From positions 128,001-192,000 of the forward strand of contig OY970208.1 in NCBI GenBank assembly GCA_963713865.1: a stretch of 64,000 nucleotides of DNA. Direction: 5' to 3'. Each line of letters begins with the position of its first letter. The first letter of the stretch is position 1. The notes beneath the pieces are model-generated. The model was not told the DNA's origin and did no database searches. It saw only the letters and a program-made list of their open reading frames with translations. Below are positions 60,653-64,000 of this stretch, one piece after another. Origin of the DNA: an uncultured candidate division Zixibacteria bacterium. GTDB lineage: Bacteria > Zixibacteria > MSB-5A5 > RBG-16-43-9. A program made the position numbers and the translations under genes.

Positions 60653-61121
60653 TTCAAATCCGGCATTTTTATAAAATCTTTTCCAGTCCAGTCTTTTCTC
60701 AAAGGATAACCCTCATCCCACCCCTCAGGCAAAAGCAAAGGTCTGGGGTCAGGATGGTTTTTGAATTTTATTCCAAAAAGTTCGGCTGTCTCTCTCTCAT
60801 ACCAGTTGCGCCTGGAAACACTGGAGTTAAAGAGTCAATTTCAGGATTCTCTTTGGACAAAGGGACTTTGAAACTCATTTTATGTTTTTGAGTAAAGGAG
60901 AAGAAAATATAAATCATCTCAAACCTGTCCGGATAATCCGCACCAAACATACAGGATAACAGGTCAAAAGAGAGTTCCTTAGAATCTCTAATATATCTGC
61001 AAAATTCCAGTAGAATGTCTTTTTCCACAATAAATGAAGGCTCAAAACCAGCTATCCTGGCATCTTTTAACTTATCCGGAAATCTATCTGTTATAATTTT
61101 TTTGATATTTTCTGGAGTCAT
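60649..61121 (-). CDS. nuoC: Complex I subunit C (-1 indel at ~60807)
   Basis: Corrected frame reads [41 protein letters not shown]. Confidence 0.9.
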
Positions 61122-61150
61122 TTCCTACGGATCCGTTTTAGGATATTTTT

Positions 61151-61657
61151 TTATGCCCAATCTTTGATCTTCTGGGTTTTAATCTTCTCCTGCAGTTTGA
61201 TACACCCCTCTAATAAAGATTCGGGACGAGGAGGACATCCTGGTATATAGACATCAACCGGGATAATATGGTCAACCCCTTTTTCCACGCTGTAGCAGTC
61301 ATAATGAAAGGGTCCGCCGGTTATCAGACACCCGCCCATTGCAATGACATACTTAGGCTCCGGCATCTGGTCATAAAGCCTTTTCACTCTGGGAGCCATC
61401 TTCTTGGTCAAAGTCCCTGCCACAATCATCAAATCCGACTGCCTGGGTGAAGCTCTAAAGAACATCCCGAACCGGTCGAAATCATACCTTGATGCACCTG
61501 TAGCCATAAGCTCGACTGCACAGCAGGCTAATCCAAATAAAAGATACCACATCGAGCTGGCACGCGCATAATTGAACACATCATCTAAGGTAGTGGTAAT
61601 GATTGCACCACCAGGCAATTTCTCCACATAAACCGGGACTTTGTTCATCACACCCAT
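61151..61657 (-). CDS. nuoB: Complex I subunit B
   Basis: [22 protein letters not shown] and PGCPPRPE motifs. Confidence 0.95.
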   Translation of the reverse strand: MGVMNKVPVYVEKLPGGAIITTTLDDVFNYARASSMWYLLFGLACCAVELMATGASRYDFDRFGMFFRASPRQSDLMIVAGTLTKKMAPRVKRLYDQMPEPKYVIAMGGCLITGGPFHYDCYSVEKGVDHIIPVDVYIPGCPPRPESLLEGCIKLQEKIKTQKIKDWA

Positions 61658-62005
61658 TTCAAAGCTCCTTTTTTCCAGAACATAAACCAGACCGAATAAC
61701 AAAATGGCAATGAAAATCAACATCTCAATAAAAGCATAAAACCCCAAGCTTTTATAGACCACTGCCCAGGGGAAAAGAAATACCACTTCAACGTCGAAGA
61801 TTACAAAGATTATGGCAAAAAGGTAATACCGGACATTGAACTGCACCCACCCCTGCCCGATAGGTATTTCCCCGCATTCATAATTTGCCTTTTTGGTAGG
61901 ATTAGGTTTATACGGGGCAATAAGTTTAGCCAGAAAGAAGACAAAAAAAACAAATATAACCCCGATTACAAAAAAAAGTCCCACGTAGGCATAATCACCT
62001 GGCAT
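61648..62005 (-). CDS. nuoA: Complex I subunit A (+1 indel at ~61679 creates an apparent A-B fusion)
   Basis: YECG and [15 protein letters not shown]; corrected end [11 protein letters not shown] overlaps the nuoB start. Confidence 0.92.
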
Positions 62006-62060
62006 ATTATTTATGGTCTGAAATTAAGAAAATTTATTTTAAAACCGTTTTCACCCAAGC

Positions 62061-62078
62061 AAGTGAAATCCTTCACAA
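62061..62078. promoter_or_regulatory. Rex-like operator upstream of nuoA
   Basis: AAGTGAA-ATCC-TTCACAA versus consensus TTGTGAA-N4-TTCACAA; lies between TTGACA (62120-62115, minus strand) and nuoA. Confidence 0.55.
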
Positions 62079-62165
62079 GTAAATTTCCCTATAAAAAACA
62101 CCTGAAATTTGTTTTGTCAAGTTATTTTTAAAAAAAATCTGTATTCTGCAATCTGTCGTATACAG

Positions 62166-62382
62166 GTAGGGGCAGGTTTCAAACCTGCCTTTACAAATTG
62201 GTATTCCCGCCTTGTCCGCTCCGATTTTAGATCCGCAGGAAAGGCGGGTTTATTACCCATGTTGGGGGCAACATAGGTTTACCGATTTATTGCAGGTGTT
62301 CGATTTATCGAAACCTCCTCTCCTTTGTAGCGTCGAGCTTTACGCCCGACGATGTTGTAGGGACAGAACAGTGTTCTGTCCG
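62166..62382. repeat. Cluster of REP-like palindromes
   Basis: GTAGGGGCAGGTTTCAAACCTGCC, ACCCATGTTGGGGGCAACATAGGT, GTAGCGTCGAGC..GCCCGACG and GGACAGAACAGTGTTCTGTCC. Confidence 0.7.
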
Positions 62383-62596
62383 TATTTTGCAAAACCCACA
62401 TTTTCATTGACAAAAAATAAGAAAATATTATCTTACTTTTGAAACGAGATTTTAAATAACTCATTCACAGCAGTCGATAAAAGCTTTACGACCCGTAGGG
62501 ATAGAGCAGATTAAGCAGATTTCAAAACTGAAATCAGCTTAATCCCAATAATCAGCTGTGAGGTAATTTTTAACCCTTAACCCCCAAGAGGGCAAC

Positions 62597-64000
62597 ATGC
62601 TTTACAAATCTACAAGTCATTGCGAGGAGTTTCGCCAAAGGCGGACGACGAAGCAATCCGTTGACTTTGATACCAAGCCCTTATTCATACTTTTCCTCTT
62701 TTTCGCCTTATCCTTCACCCCCTTCACCAACCTTTATTCCCAACCCTCACAACCCGACACCGACTCCATCCCCTTTGCCTCAGCAGTCAACTATCTTGCC
62801 GGAGATGCTCCTTTTTCTGTTTTTTGTGCGGATTTAGATGGGGATTTAGACTTGGATTTAGCTATGGCAAATTATTATAGCGACAATGTCTCTATCTTAA
62901 AGAACAACGGGGATGGGACTTTTCAAACAAAGGTGGATTATGGTGTAGGAGATTATCCTTCTTCTGTTTTTTGTGCGGATTTAGATGGGGATACAGATTT
63001 AGACCTGGCAGTGGCAAATTGGGGTAGCTACAATGTTTCCATCTTGAAGAACAATGGGGATGGGACGTTTCAGGCTAAGGTGGATTATGGTGCAGGAGAT
63101 AATCCTGCTTCTGTTTTTTGTGCGGATTTGGATGGGGATACAGATTTAGACCTGACAGTGGCAAATGGGTATAGCGATAATGTCTCCATCTTAAAGAATA
63201 ACGGGGATGGGACTTTTCAGGCTAAGGTGGATTATGGTGTACGGTCGTATCCTCATTCTGTTTTCTGTGCGGATTTAGATGGGGATACATATTTAGACTT
63301 AGCCGTGGCAAATGCGGGTAGCGACAATGTCTCCATCTTGAAGAACAACGGGGATGGGACTTTTCAGACTAAAGTGGATTATGGTGCAGGAGATAATCCT
63401 TATTCTGTTTTTTGTGCGGATTTAGATGGGGATACAGATTTAGACCTGGCAGTGGCAAATTTTTTTAGCGACAATGTTTCCATCTTAATGAATTTGACTC
63501 CTCAGTCCCTCTCTTATACTTTGTGGTTCTTCGCCTACTCACCTGTAGATTTAATAGTAACAGACCCGAAGGGGGATTCAATCGGGTTAAGTTTCAACAC
63601 TATACCATTTGCCACCTATGACACAACTCAGAATGTTGGTGGCGACGAGGATAAAGATGATGTGGTTACTATCCCAAACCCCTTAGTAGGACAGTATATG
63701 GTTAAAGTTATAGCCGAGCCTGGCGCAGATACAGGCCATTATTCTCTAACCATAAAATTAGATGGAAACGAAGATAAACCTCTGGCACAAAATTTCCCCA
63801 TTCCACCACCAGAACCAGGTTGATACATACAATTATCCAGTTATCGAATATCTGCGAGGAGATGCGAATTCAGATAAGAAAACAACTGTCTCGGATGTGA
63901 TTTACTTGATCAACTATTTATTTAAGGGAGGACCTGCACCAGACCCTGTGTATTTAGGTGATGTCAACTGCGATGGCAAAACTACAGTTACCGATGTTAT
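62597..64000 (+). CDS. Secreted FG-GAP/VCBS repeat protein with C-terminal dockerin-like domain (indel at ~63820; runs off window)
   Basis: Five ADLDGDxDLDLAVAN repeats. The shifted frame continues VDTYNYPVIEYLRGDANSDKKTTVSDVIYLINYLFKGGPAPDPVYLGDVNCDGKTTVTDV. Confidence 0.88.
62790..63490 (+). repeat. Five 147-bp intragenic tandem repeats
   Basis: TCTGTTTT(T/C)TGTGCGGATTT(A/G)GATGGGGA recurs at 62816, 62963, 63110, 63257 and 63404. Confidence 0.92.

Noticed and set aside
52298-61121. nuoN and nuoC as pseudogenes or programmed frameshifts
   Set aside because: These are single-base indels in an otherwise intact operon with no slippery heptamer; a consensus error is more parsimonious.
59537-61657. 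Group 4 NiFe hydrogenase
   Set aside because: The NuoD-like subunit lacks both CxxC Ni-binding motifs and keeps the complex I His/Tyr quinone-site motifs.
61151-62005. Apparent NuoA-NuoB fusion protein
   Set aside because: Removing one base at 61679-61680 restores the canonical NuoA end (VWKKGALKW) and a separate nuoB; the context is the same CCAGAAC seen at other indels.
62790-63490. CRISPR-like array
   Set aside because: The units are 147 bp, in frame and encode FG-GAP repeats; there is no repeat-spacer structure and no cas gene.
1-64000. tRNA, rRNA, IS transposase, prophage or integrase genes
   Set aside because: No cloverleaf or rRNA signature and no DDE, HUH or tyrosine-recombinase motif was recognised by eye; tRNAscan or HMM searches would be needed to exclude them fully.

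Overview
AT-rich bacterial chromosomal window. A candidate-phylum Zixibacteria-like origin is inferred from the FG-GAP/dockerin and FlgD-Ig/CTD-tailed secreted proteins and is not proven. Content in order: an EPS/exosortase/PorV-like envelope region with sigma54 promoters; a solitary integron gene cassette (degenerate MenA/UbiA-like gene plus attC) inserted into a REP-like hairpin; SMR and MFS transporters; a six-gene trehalose/osmostress operon (otsA-otsB-mscS-TM protein-DUF5752-treT); the hisS-aspS-phoH-HD-ybeY-CBS-DUF362 housekeeping run, interrupted by two orphan genes; a TolB-like lipoprotein plus S8 protease block bracketed by a 41-bp direct repeat; a GAF-sigma54 activator with a complete enhancer/IHF/-24-12 promoter driving an apparently catalytically dead GxxExxY protein and a 17-aa Lys-rich peptide; a Cys-rich orphan; DUF4159-[SIR2]-DUF4175-like-TPR-DUF2723; DUF47-Pit with a donor-gene scar; a CaCA-like antiporter; DUF502; an 11-subunit nuo operon with a Rex-like box; and an FG-GAP/dockerin protein with hypervariable repeat positions. 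Intergenic regions are dense with several REP-like palindrome families. About nine frameshifts occur, several in nuo genes. Four share the context CCAGAAC where CCAGAC is expected, which points to motif-linked (possibly methylation-linked) consensus errors rather than true pseudogenes. No rRNA, tRNA or CRISPR array was seen.
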